DNA of 64,000 nt. Origin: Phycisphaerae bacterium (GTDB lineage Bacteria; Planctomycetota; Phycisphaerae; UBA1845). The notes under the pieces were generated by a model, which made no database searches, was not told the DNA's origin, and saw only the letters and a list, made by a program, of their open reading frames with translations. Made by a program: the position numbers and the translations under genes. Location: assembly GCA_963666835.2 (NCBI GenBank), contig CAXXGO010000006.1, forward strand, positions 1,760,001-1,824,000. The letters are read 5' to 3'. How positions within the stretch are numbered: the first letter of the stretch is position 1; each line of letters begins with the position of its first letter. Of this stretch, positions 48,209 through 57,831 are shown in pieces.

Positions 48209-50971
48209 ATGCCTGTTTCAGCTCCCAGCTTCTATCGACTCCAGGTCACCTTACGCATGACCGCCCGAGCCTCGCTCCCGGCCCATCATGCCGGTGTACT
48301 CTACTCGCTACTGGCCGCGGCCAACGGACGGGCCGTCGATATGGAGCCCGCTCTGCCGGACGGGCTGATGCTCGACGCCCCGGAACAGTGCCGCATGAGC
48401 CTCTCGCCGGGAGAGCGTTATAACTTCGGCTTCACCCTGCTATCCGACAATGACGATCGCGCGCAAGCGTGCATTGACCAGATCCGTGACGGGCTTGCAC
48501 GACACGGCAAAGAGCGTGCCTACGAGCCCCACGTCTTCGGCGGGAACTTCGCCGTTGCCGAACTTCGCGACCTCGTGGCAAACGCACCCATCGAAGCCGG
48601 GCAGGTCCCCGAAGCCATCCCGCTTGACCACCTGGAGGATGAGTGCCGTCGCCTCGAGTCGGAACCCAGGCTCAGTCTGAGTTTCACCTCGCCGTTACGC
48701 ATGCCGCGCCCGACCCGCTTCCGCGAAGAGGGACACGGGTTCTTCGACGGCCACCAGTTCTATACCGGGCTGTTTCTCCTTCGCCTGTGCCGCCGCCTTC
48801 GTAGGCTCGGGTTCCTCGACATCCCGGAATTCGCTCCAGACGACACGAATCACCTGGCTCACCTTGCGGCGAATCGGCTTGTCTGGCTCGACTTTTCCTA
48901 TGGACCACACGGGCAGCGGAAGTCCCTCGGCGGTGCACTCGGTTTGCTCACGGTTGAGCGCGTAGACCCCCGCGCGATTCGCCCCCTGGTACTCGGACAA
49001 TACGTCCGATGCGGCCAGAACACGCGATTCGGACTCGGTGCCTATCGCATCGCGCAGCTCGGCCCGTCGTCGTTTCCCGCCCGACGTGCCGTTTCGCTCT
49101 TGCGGCTCGCCCTGCGGCAGGATCACCTCGACACCGCCGCGCACCGCTATGAGCTCCCCAGCGGTTTACTCCAGACCCTCGCCGGACGCGTGGAGACCGG
49201 CTCCTATCAGCCCGAACCATCCCACAGTGTCACAATCCCCAAGCCGGACGGCGGCGAGCGCACGTTACGGATCGCGTCACCTGCTGACCGAGCACTGCAG
49301 CGGGTGTTGTTTGAACGCCTCGCGCCCGCGGTCGACGCCTTCTTCGAGGATTCTTCACTTGCGTACCGGCGAGGTCTCGGCAGACGCCGCGCCGCTCATC
49401 GCATCCGGCACGCCTTCCGGGAGGGCTACGGACACGCAATAAAGGCCGATTTCTTCCACTTCTTCGATTCGATTGACCATGCCCTCCTTCGAGCTCGCCT
49501 CAGCGCCTATATTGCAGATCACGAGACTGTCGACCTTATCATGCGCTGGGTAGGCGCCGACGCTCCCGAGCTTGGCCGCGGAATCCCCACCGGCTCGCCA
49601 CTCTCGCCTTTGCTTGCCAACCTGTTCCTTGACGAGTTCGATGAAGAGATCGAGCGGCACGGCGGACGCCTTGTTCGCTATGCAGATGATTTCCTGGTGC
49701 TCTACCGCACCCGCGCCGAAGCCGACCGAGTTTACGAAACGGCCGTCCAAGCCGCCCATGCCTTGGCCTTGGTACTGAACCGGAACAAAACCACGCGTCT
49801 CGATCTTACTGAAGGCTTCGAGTTCCTGGGATTCAGTTTCGAACGCACGGATCGTTGGGTCGCCAAGCCCGGGGAAGGGCCCAGGCACCTGCAGGATCTG
49901 GGTTGGCACGAGTCGCACAACAAGCCCAAGCCGGCCCCCAACCGGCTCGCCTTTGCCGGGGAGGACGCCACCATTGAGCCGTCGAACCGTGCATGGGCCG
50001 TGTTCGGTCCGGGAGCCGTAAAGCTGCGAATCAGCAGTGGCCGGCTGTTGTGCGCATACCGGGATGGTTCAACGTCCGCCGCTCACCTCGACCACGTGCG
50101 GAGTGTACTCGTTCTCGGCCGCCCGACTATGTCCTCCGGAGTACTCGAAGCCCTCCGTCACCACAGTGTACCAATGCTCGTCGCCGACGATTTCGGTCGC
50201 TCCCAAAGCACATTCACCCATAACGAGATTGTCGAGCATCCGCAGGCCGTCGCGGCGCAGGTGAACATGCTCCACGACAAACCGCACCGGCTCGCACTCG
50301 CCAAGCGACTCGTCTGGGCTAAGATCTCCAACTACGCCACTTTGGCCGCGTCCCTGCGCTCCAAGACGGATGGAACGTCCGAGACCCTCCGAGCGTATGA
50401 AACGCGCTGCCGCGAGGCCGCCGATATACAGGAACTCCTCGGCTTCGAGGGCGCTGCGGCCGCCGCCTGGTATCGCGTCTTCCCGCGCCTGTTGCCGGAT
50501 TGGTGCCGGTTTTCGCGCCGCGTGGCCCCCGACGCCTCCGACCCCGCCAATATCCTGCTCAACATTGCCCAGTCGGCATTGCACAACCAGTGTATTGCTG
50601 CGGCGCGCCTGGCCGGGCTTTCGCCGGTTGTCGGGGTCCTCCACGATCTGCGGCAAGGTCACGCGGCCCTGGCCTCCGACCTCCAGGAGCCGTTCCGCCA
50701 CCTTATGGACCGGGTGGTCATAGAGGCTATGCCGCTGCTGAAGCCCAAGGACTTCCGGAGAGTCGAAGGCAGCGAGTATCAGCTTACGATCGCTCCCAAG
50801 GCCATCCGCCTGTTCCTCGCGCACCTTTACGAGACGTTCCATCTGAATTGCCGATCGCGCGGCACGCTCGATACGTGCACCTATCTTGCTCATCTGTCGA
50901 TGAACGCCCGCTCCTTTCGCCGGCACCTGCTTGATCGCAAGGTCTTTCCCCACTACTTTCGTCACCCATGA
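48209..50971 (+). CDS. cas1: Cas6-reverse transcriptase-Cas1 fusion
   Basis: Cas6 G-loop GQNTRFGLGAY; RT motifs IPKPDGGER, ADFFHFFDSI, GIPTGSPLSPLLAN, YADD; Cas1 motifs GFEG, GVLH, SDLQEPFR. Confidence 0.93.
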   Translation: MPVSAPSFYRLQVTLRMTARASLPAHHAGVLYSLLAAANGRAVDMEPALPDGLMLDAPEQCRMSLSPGERYNFGFTLLSDNDDRAQACIDQIRDGLARHGKERAYEPHVFGGNFAVAELRDLVANAPIEAGQVPEAIPLDHLEDECRRLESEPRLSLSFTSPLRMPRPTRFREEGHGFFDGHQFYTGLFLLRLCRRLRRLGFLDIPEFAPDDTNHLAHLAANRLVWLDFSYGPHGQRKSLGGALGLLTVERVDPRAIRPLVLGQYVRCGQNTRFGLGAYRIAQLGPSSFPARRAVSLLRLALRQDHLDTAAHRYELPSGLLQTLAGRVETGSYQPEPSHSVTIPKPDGGERTLRIASPADRALQRVLFERLAPAVDAFFEDSSLAYRRGLGRRRAAHRIRHAFREGYGHAIKADFFHFFDSIDHALLRARLSAYIADHETVDLIMRWVGADAPELGRGIPTGSPLSPLLANLFLDEFDEEIERHGGRLVRYADDFLVLYRTRAEADRVYETAVQAAHALALVLNRNKTTRLDLTEGFEFLGFSFERTDRWVAKPGEGPRHLQDLGWHESHNKPKPAPNRLAFAGEDATIEPSNRAWAVFGPGAVKLRISSGRLLCAYRDGSTSAAHLDHVRSVLVLGRPTMSSGVLEALRHHSVPMLVADDFGRSQSTFTHNEIVEHPQAVAAQVNMLHDKPHRLALAKRLVWAKISNYATLAASLRSKTDGTSETLRAYETRCREAADIQELLGFEGAAAAAWYRVFPRLLPDWCRFSRRVAPDASDPANILLNIAQSALHNQCIAAARLAGLSPVVGVLHDLRQGHAALASDLQEPFRHLMDRVVIEAMPLLKPKDFRRVEGSEYQLTIAPKAIRLFLAHLYETFHLNCRSRGTLDTCTYLAHLSMNARSFRRHLLDRKVFPHYFRHP

Positions 50972-51240
50972 GCCAGTATGTAGCCGCCTATGACGTCTCC
51001 GATGACCAGCGCCGGCGTGCGGTTGCGGCCGTTTTGTCATCCTACGGCCAACGTATTCAGCAGTCGGTCTTCGAGATCTGGCTTGAGCCGCCGGAACTTC
51101 CCGAGTTACGCCGCAGCATCGGACCGTTGTTGGCCGTGACGGATGCGTTCGACCTCGTCCCGATCGACAACCGGGGCACACGCCCGCGCTATCGATGGCA
51201 GCGCCCCGTCGAAACGCAGAAGGCCGTTCTGCTCTGTTGA
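50968..51240 (+). CDS. cas2: Cas2
   Basis: YVAAYDVSDD, YGQRIQQSVFE; ATGA overlap with cas1. Confidence 0.95.
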   Translation: MSQYVAAYDVSDDQRRRAVAAVLSSYGQRIQQSVFEIWLEPPELPELRRSIGPLLAVTDAFDLVPIDNRGTRPRYRWQRPVETQKAVLLC

Positions 51241-51561
51241 CACTCGGAAGCCGGCACACATCTGGACAATATGCTCGATCTGTGATAAGATAATAACAGA
51301 GTTGGGCGGCTGCGCCTTGCTGGGCGCGGTCCAACACGTGCATGCCCCCGGCCGGCCTGGGCCGGAACTTTCGCGCAGGGAGGGGCATCCGGCCGAAGCG
51401 TTGACGCCGGCCCCGAAATGCGTGATTGCGAACCCGCCGTCGCGGTGGGAGGTGGAGGTTGTTCTTTCTCATCGGAATAGAACCTATGATCGCGGCTTCG
51501 CTAACTCCTTTTGACCACACCGATTACGTCGCTTCGGCCCATCGGCGCAAGGAACGAGGGG
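51241..51561 (+). promoter_or_regulatory. CRISPR leader
   Basis: Non-coding stretch between cas2 and repeat 1; the degenerate repeat is at the far end of the array. Confidence 0.7.
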
Positions 51562-53441
51562 GTGAAATGAGCCGTCCTTAAGGACCGCAATCAAAACCAT
51601 TCGCAATTCCTTTCACCAGAAGCCAACCTTGTGAAATGAGCCGTCCTTAAGGACCGCAATCAAAACGCTACCTCCTTAAGTCAGTTCTCAGTTCTCAGTC
51701 CTCGTGAAATGAGCCGTCCTTAAGGACCGCAATCAAAACGTCCAGCTACAATCGTCGGCTGTTGCATCATCCGTGAAATGAGCCGTCCTTAAGGACCGCA
51801 ATCAAAACTTGAGGGTGTTGAGAGTGGTCATGATCGGTCTCCTGTGAAATGAGCCGTCCTTAAGGACCGCAATCAAAACCCAGTAAAAAACATTATTAAC
51901 ATGACTAACACCCGGTGAAATGAGCCGTCCTTAAGGACCGCAATCAAAACTCGAATTTTTTTAATCTCCAGTTTCATTATATCTCTCCGTGAAATGAGCC
52001 GTCCTTAAGGACCGCAATCAAAACGCTACCTCCTTAAGTCAGTTCTCAGTTCTCAGTCCTCGTGAAATGAGCCGTCCTTAAGGACCGCAATCAAAACGTC
52101 CAGCTACAATCGTCGGCTGTTGCATCATCCGTGAAATGAGCCGTCCTTAAGGACCGCAATCAAAACTTGAGGGTGTTGAGAGTGGTCATGATCGGTCTCC
52201 TGTGAAATGAGCCGTCCTTAAGGACCGCAATCAAAACCCAGTAAAAAACATTATTAACATGACTAACACCCGGTGAAATGAGCCGTCCTTAAGGACCGCA
52301 ATCAAAACTCAACCGTTCTTTTCGCGTATCCATGACTTTCGTGAAATGAGCCGTCCTTAAGGACCGCAATCAAAACCGTTCGTCGCCGTCTTGGTGATCT
52401 TGCCGTCGCGTGAAATGAGCCGTCCTTAAGGACCGCAATCAAAACCGTTGAAATAAATCTGTGCTAGTTCCACTGACAGTGAAATGAGCCGTCCTTAAGG
52501 ACCGCAATCAAAACTGATACGAACTCCTTAGAAAGGGAACCTTGGCCAAGGTGAAATGAGCCGTCCTTAAGGACCGCAATCAAAACTATAAGCGTTTCAT
52601 CGCCTATACTCCTACCGGGTGAAATGAGCCGTCCTTAAGGACCGCAATCAAAACAGACAGCTTCCGCTTCCGCTTCCGATCGCGCGACTCAGTGAAATGA
52701 GCCGTCCTTAAGGACCGCAATCAAAACGACGACCATTTCTGGTCTCCTTTCTTTCTGGTCTCTTGTGAAATGAGCCGTCCTTAAGGACCGCAATCAAAAC
52801 TGTTTCGCTGGGGGCAGGCGAGCGTAGGGACGGAACAGTGAAATGAGCCGTCCTTAAGGACCGCAATCAAAACCCTTAACGCTACCATAACCAGATCTCC
52901 ATATCGGTGAAATGAGCCGTCCTTAAGGACCGCAATCAAAACTCAGCCATCTCAGCCTCCCTAATTTTTTTTGATATAACCTTGGTGAAATGAGCCGTCC
53001 TTAAGGACCGCAATCAAAACTCCCGAACACCCCCAGAAACCCAACCACCGCCGCGTGAAATGAGCCGTCCTTAAGGACCGCAATCAAAACTTGCCTGTAA
53101 CTAGACTAAACATGATTGTTCCTTGGTGAAATGAGCCGTCCTTAAGGACCGCAATCAAAACGAAAATTTCGTCGCGTGTCATGATATTGTTCGGTGAAAT
53201 GAGCCGTCCTTAAGGACCGCAATCAAAACAGCCGCTCCTGAACTCATTCTGATACCTCACGAAGGTGAAATGAGCCGTCCTTAAGGACCGCAATCAAAAC
53301 CACCGCCACCAGCAGCACCGCAATCATGTTCTTCTGTGAAATGAGCCGTCCTTAAGGACCGCAATCAAAACGTACTATCACCCTACAAGGCGTGCTACCT
53401 CCCGGGTGAAATGAGCCGTCCTTAAGGACCGCAATCAGAAT
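51562..53441 (+). CRISPR. CRISPR array: 27 repeats of 36 bp (GTGAAATGAGCCGTCCTTAAGGACCGCAATCAAAAC), 26 spacers of 32-42 nt, 22 unique
   Basis: Counted by hand; GTCC-TTAA-GGAC hairpin; last repeat ends CAGAAT. Confidence 0.99.
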
Positions 53442-53562
53442 GTGATGATGTCAATGCACTCGGAGGATATTGCGGAATGAGATGAGCGGCCCCCAAGAGC
53501 TTGCCAAGATTGGAGCCCCTGCGAGTGTGAGGAACTCGCCGAATCGACGGGCCTGAAGAGGC

Positions 53563-54861
53563 TTAGTGTTCAGCGGGTGGAGGTACGGTTCGGGCGTTGT
53601 AGATGATCGGCTTGCAGTCCCCCTCGGTCTGCACGTACTGGAATTGGTAGTGATCATTGAGCGTGACTACTACACCCACCGCACTCGTGACCTTCTGCCC
53701 ACCGGTCACGTCGATGACGGTGTGCTCCGGAGGGATACTCTTATGGCCGCGGTCCTTTCTGCGGAGGTCAGGTAGGATCTCGCCGGTGAGCACGTCGGAC
53801 AATTCATCGAAGCTCTCGAAATCCAGGCCCTCTTTTAGTATAAACTCGACGCTGGGAAGGTAGTGCTCGAGAAGCCTCTGGCAATCTCCGCCCCGCCCGT
53901 CCGACCCATACGTGGTGCGTCCGTTCTTGTCCGTCTTCTTGCGCGAGGTCAACAGGTAGACGTACCGGAGCGGCTGCCCCTTGTACGGAGCGATCGCACG
54001 AAGGAGCTGCTGCCAGTTCCATTTGATGTACTTCTCGTCTTCGCCCCAGCGGCAGAGCGGGTCCTTGCTGCCAGGTGTTGATCGAAGAACGTCCTGTGCC
54101 GGATCGTCACCGAGCAGTACGGTCGGTTCTGACGCGCGCTGCGTGCTAACCCAGATCTCTTTCTTGTTCTCGCCTTGGTTGAAGTCGACGGTGAAGGCGT
54201 TGCTCGACACGTGCAGGATCAGCGCCTCTACTTTCCCGCCTTGTTTCACGTATTCGTCCGCGTCGACGGGCTCTGACAGTGTTCGATGCACCGTTAGATT
54301 TCGGTGCAGCCGGTGGAGGATAATTACCCCGCCGACCACTACCGTCAGGGCGACGCCGTACGCCCAGTTCGGCAGCAAGTGGTGTGCGTGTAACAGGTGG
54401 TGCATGACGATGGCAAAGGCATGTCCGGACAAAAGGGCCAGGGCGGCCATGAGCACCTCAAGAACGTGCGCTCTTCGTTTGCTTGCCTCCAACTGTTGTT
54501 GCGACCCGCTCCCTTTCTCCGACGGCTGGGGCGTGAACCGCAGTGAGTGCAGCTTATCCGCGGAGTATACGAAGATCCCCAAAGTGCCGACCGCAAACAG
54601 GATGCCAAGGGCTAGAGCCCAGCCGGGTCGGCCGGAAACCGTGTTCAGCACCTCCACCATGAGGTACGCCATAATATGACCGGCCGCGAGCACAAAGACG
54701 AGTAATACGATGAAACCGATGAGGCTCTTTCGGTTTACGCGACGCCCTTCCTTAGCCGTTGCCACGGTACTGCGCTTCTCCCCCTCCAACGGGGTGCCAT
54801 CGCTATCGCTCTCGGTTGCGCCAACTGGTCGAACCGGCGACTCTCCGTCATCATTGGACAT
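53563..54861 (-). CDS. Membrane CARF effector (4 TM + C-terminal CARF; Cam-like)
   Basis: Four hydrophobic helices; LILHVS and VIDVTGGQK CARF motifs; next to the array and csx3. Confidence 0.8.
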   Translation of the reverse strand: MSNDDGESPVRPVGATESDSDGTPLEGEKRSTVATAKEGRRVNRKSLIGFIVLLVFVLAAGHIMAYLMVEVLNTVSGRPGWALALGILFAVGTLGIFVYSADKLHSLRFTPQPSEKGSGSQQQLEASKRRAHVLEVLMAALALLSGHAFAIVMHHLLHAHHLLPNWAYGVALTVVVGGVIILHRLHRNLTVHRTLSEPVDADEYVKQGGKVEALILHVSSNAFTVDFNQGENKKEIWVSTQRASEPTVLLGDDPAQDVLRSTPGSKDPLCRWGEDEKYIKWNWQQLLRAIAPYKGQPLRYVYLLTSRKKTDKNGRTTYGSDGRGGDCQRLLEHYLPSVEFILKEGLDFESFDELSDVLTGEILPDLRRKDRGHKSIPPEHTVIDVTGGQKVTSAVGVVVTLNDHYQFQYVQTEGDCKPIIYNARTVPPPAEH

Positions 54862-54917
54862 GCGTATTCTCCCTGAAGGGACTTCAGACGAGACGAGCTT
54901 AACCAAATGCAATCAGA

Positions 54918-55256
54918 TCAGTGAGCATCTGTCAAGTTTGCGATCCGGACTAATTCACCAACTTGCGGCGCTTCGGACTTGTGCCTTGCGACGACGATCG
55001 CGCCATTCTCACGCGGGTCATACAGCGCGAGCCAGGCAAACGCGTGCGCCAAGTGTACTAAATAAGCATAGAGCCATACAGGGCCACGGCCGGAGAGTAC
55101 AAGCCCGAGGTGCCGATATGCATCGAGCTCGACCGGCAGCTTGATCTCGGCCAACCGCCTGTAGTCGAGCAACCCATCAGGCGTGGTCGCGTGGAACTCT
55201 GCATAGCTGAGAGCGTTTCCCGTAGTGATCTTCCAACCGAGCATCTCCGACGTCAT
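54918..55256 (-). CDS. csx3: Csx3/Crn3 ring nuclease
   Basis: GLVLSGRGPVWLYAYLVH...YDPR...AIVVARH. Confidence 0.9.
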   Translation of the reverse strand: MTSEMLGWKITTGNALSYAEFHATTPDGLLDYRRLAEIKLPVELDAYRHLGLVLSGRGPVWLYAYLVHLAHAFAWLALYDPRENGAIVVARHKSEAPQVGELVRIANLTDAH

Positions 55257-55323
55257 TTCTGCCCGCCTCCCTTATTGTGCGTATTCGCTCACCCTTAGGC
55301 CACAACAACAGTGTATTTGTATT

Positions 55324-56187
55324 CTACAAAAAAGGCGACCACCGGGGAACCGCATAGAAGACCCCGGGGGCTGTATTCGTAATGGACGAGAAGCCGCCCA
55401 AGGCGAACACTCGCTCAAAGAACCCGGCCGTGATTGTCACCCCGTCCAGCACGGTCGTGCTGCCTACGCCCATGCTGACGACTACATGATAGCTGTTGTC
55501 TCCGGTATTCAGTCTCGTGATACAGGAGCCACCGCTGCACAACCCTCCGTGCGAATCACAATCTGGCGAGTCCTCCGTACATGGAACCGGCTCATCGTTG
55601 CGCATCAGGTCGCCGTTGAGGATGGTCTCGTTGGCAACGAAATCACGGTCGGCCAAGTTGAACGTGTCTGGGTTTTCATCGCCAAAGAAGCCACCGTAGA
55701 TGGCCACGCCGTTGACTAGCCCAAATGTCTCCGATCGCTCACCGGGTGTAACGATCTCGCCTTCATCCTGATCGGGATAATAGGTTCCACCGGTGACCCA
55801 GATCACATCCCCCTCTTCTGCAACGGCAAGGGCATCCTGGAGATACTTGTATGCCTTGAGCCACGTCGTTCCGTCACCATCGATGGGTGCGTCATCGTCG
55901 ACGTAAATCACGGCCTCTGTGAGCGGAACCCAGAATCCACCGCACATGGTAAAACCCCCATCGCTAGCCGTTCCAGATGCCGGCTGGCTTATGGTCCCCG
56001 TCAATGTAAACTCGCCGCCGAAGGTGGACGCTTTCTCACCACCCCCGGCAATCACCTCCTTCTTCATCTCGAAGTCCTGCGCATAGTCCAAGCGAGGCGC
56101 GCTGAGGACTATCAGAGCACCGATCGCAATGGTGCCGATCCAAGAACGACGGTTACGGTTACCACGCACATCTAGCAATATGTTCAT
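55324..56187 (-). pseudogene. Secreted beta-helix (pectin-lyase-like) protein, probably 3'-truncated
   Basis: IYVDDDA..DGTTW..AYKYLQDAL, IYGGF, NSYHVV, LDGVTITAG, then loss of the pattern and an early stop. Confidence 0.6.
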
Positions 56188-56296
56188 ACTGAACCTCCGT
56201 TGCCGCCGGGACTACCGGCCAAACCATCTGCATCGCTTCCAGGAGGCCGCGTCGCACAGACTGCAGTAAGGTACGAACGACGAGTAACGGTGATTG

Positions 56297-57190
56297 TCAT
56301 GGGATGCAGACACAGCAACTGCCACACTCACCCTCATCAGCAGTTATCGAACAGCTCCCATTATCAGAAGTCGCCTCGCAATGGCCACTGGGCCCCGGGC
56401 AAAAACCGCTACCAAAGTGTACATGGCCTTCGCCACAAACAATGTGACATTGCAGGCTGGTCCAGCAGTCATCCATTTTCTGGCAGACGGCAATCGTAGT
56501 AACGGCCGGCCCAGGTGGCCCCTGCTCGCCTTGGTCACCTTGAATCCCCTGTGGTCCAGGAGGTCCCTGTTCGCCTTGAGCACCTTGTATCCCCTGTGGT
56601 CCAGGCGGCCCCTATTCACCTTGGTCGCCCGGTACACCCTGTGGTCCAGGTGGCCCTTCGGGACCCACCGGACCTGAGCAGTCAAGGACATCCACGAAAC
56701 CGTCACCATTGATGTCTTCGCTTAAGATGTCTCCAATACCGTTCTCATTCAGGTCCCAGCAATTGACGCCGTCGGTACCGGGCGAGCCACTTGCGGCATT
56801 GAGGGCGTGTACGGCATAGGGCGTGGGCGCAAACCGGAAGCGCGGCGAGAGGACAAAGTACGCGCCAACACCCGCGACCCGAACGTGAATCTCCATCCAG
56901 CGGGCGTCACCCGCGAAGATGGCCCCTCCGAAGTCCAGGTCCACGGAGATCTGGCCGTCAGTCACCGGCTCGTTGAGCATTTCAATAGTGGAGCCGACCT
57001 GAGCGCCCCCGAACTCGGCGTCATACACCAGGTATCGAAAGTCAAACTGACCGTTCGCGAGTCCGCTCGCGTCGTTCAGTTGGCCCTGGTAGTGGATCGC
57101 AGTGCCCACGGGAGTTTGAGCGTCAACGGCAAACAAGAAGCCTAGTACACCCACTAGAAAGACCAGAGGTACGGTCGGTTGTGTTCTCAT
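56297..57190 (-). pseudogene. Secreted collagen-repeat protein with an in-frame TAG
   Basis: YQGQL N-domain; GXY repeats continue in frame past the TAG at 56612-56614 to a Cys-rich tail ending CCVCIP*. Confidence 0.8.
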
Positions 57191-57831
57191 GTTTCTTCTC
57201 CTTCGTAGTGTCGTTTGGAGAAAACGCACTTCCACGCCAGCCGCAGCAAGCGCGTTCCCCTTCTCTGGTCCAGACTAACTCAATAAGATTGGTCGCTCGG
57301 GCGCCAGCTTGACATGATCGCAAGCAACGTGATGTTCCCCGCTTTTGGCCATCGCTTCCAGCCGACGTCCCGTAGCGATCGTGAAGCAGCAATAGTACGG
57401 AGTTCCGGCACTGACATCAACAGATGCCGTCGAGTATTCCCGTAGTGGATTGTGGCTCATACGCTCGCTGATCCGACTGTCGTTCCCGAGTATTCGATCC
57501 GTGTGTAACGAAGGCCTCAGAGGCGCGCCATGTGCGGCTTTCCCGAACAACCTACTGCCGCTTCTGGATCGAGCTGGTGTCGGGTCCTCACACACGAACG
57601 TCGGAAGCTCGTCCATGCGAGCGCCCCGAAACCGCCCCACCTCTGATTGGACGGACGATCACCGTTGGACCAACGGTGTCGGTGAGGGCTTGCAGTTCAA
57701 CGACAACGCTAACGCCGTGCCCTCGACGCTGGAGGGATAGCAGACCTGCCGCCCCCCGGTAGACTCTCATTCGCGCCGTACCCCGTACGGCGACTCACTA
57801 TGACGACGCTGGGGAACAGCTGCTGGCACCC

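Larger units (their letters stand above)
27501..55300. mobile_element. tRNA-anchored integrative defence island; right boundary approximate
   Basis: tRNA, integrase, HTH, primase, then R-M and CRISPR cargo; no host REP copies seen inside; no attR found. Confidence 0.65.

Noticed and set aside
49150..49860. Group II intron, retron or DGR reverse transcriptase
   Set aside because: The RT is fused in frame between Cas6 and Cas1; no intron domain V, msr/msd or TR/VR pair was seen.
51598..53405. Self-targeting spacers within the window
   Set aside because: No match noticed by eye; the rest of the genome is untested.
57291..57310. Possible attR (CGGGCGC)
   Set aside because: Only about 7 nt match the tRNA 3' end, which is expected by chance at this GC content.
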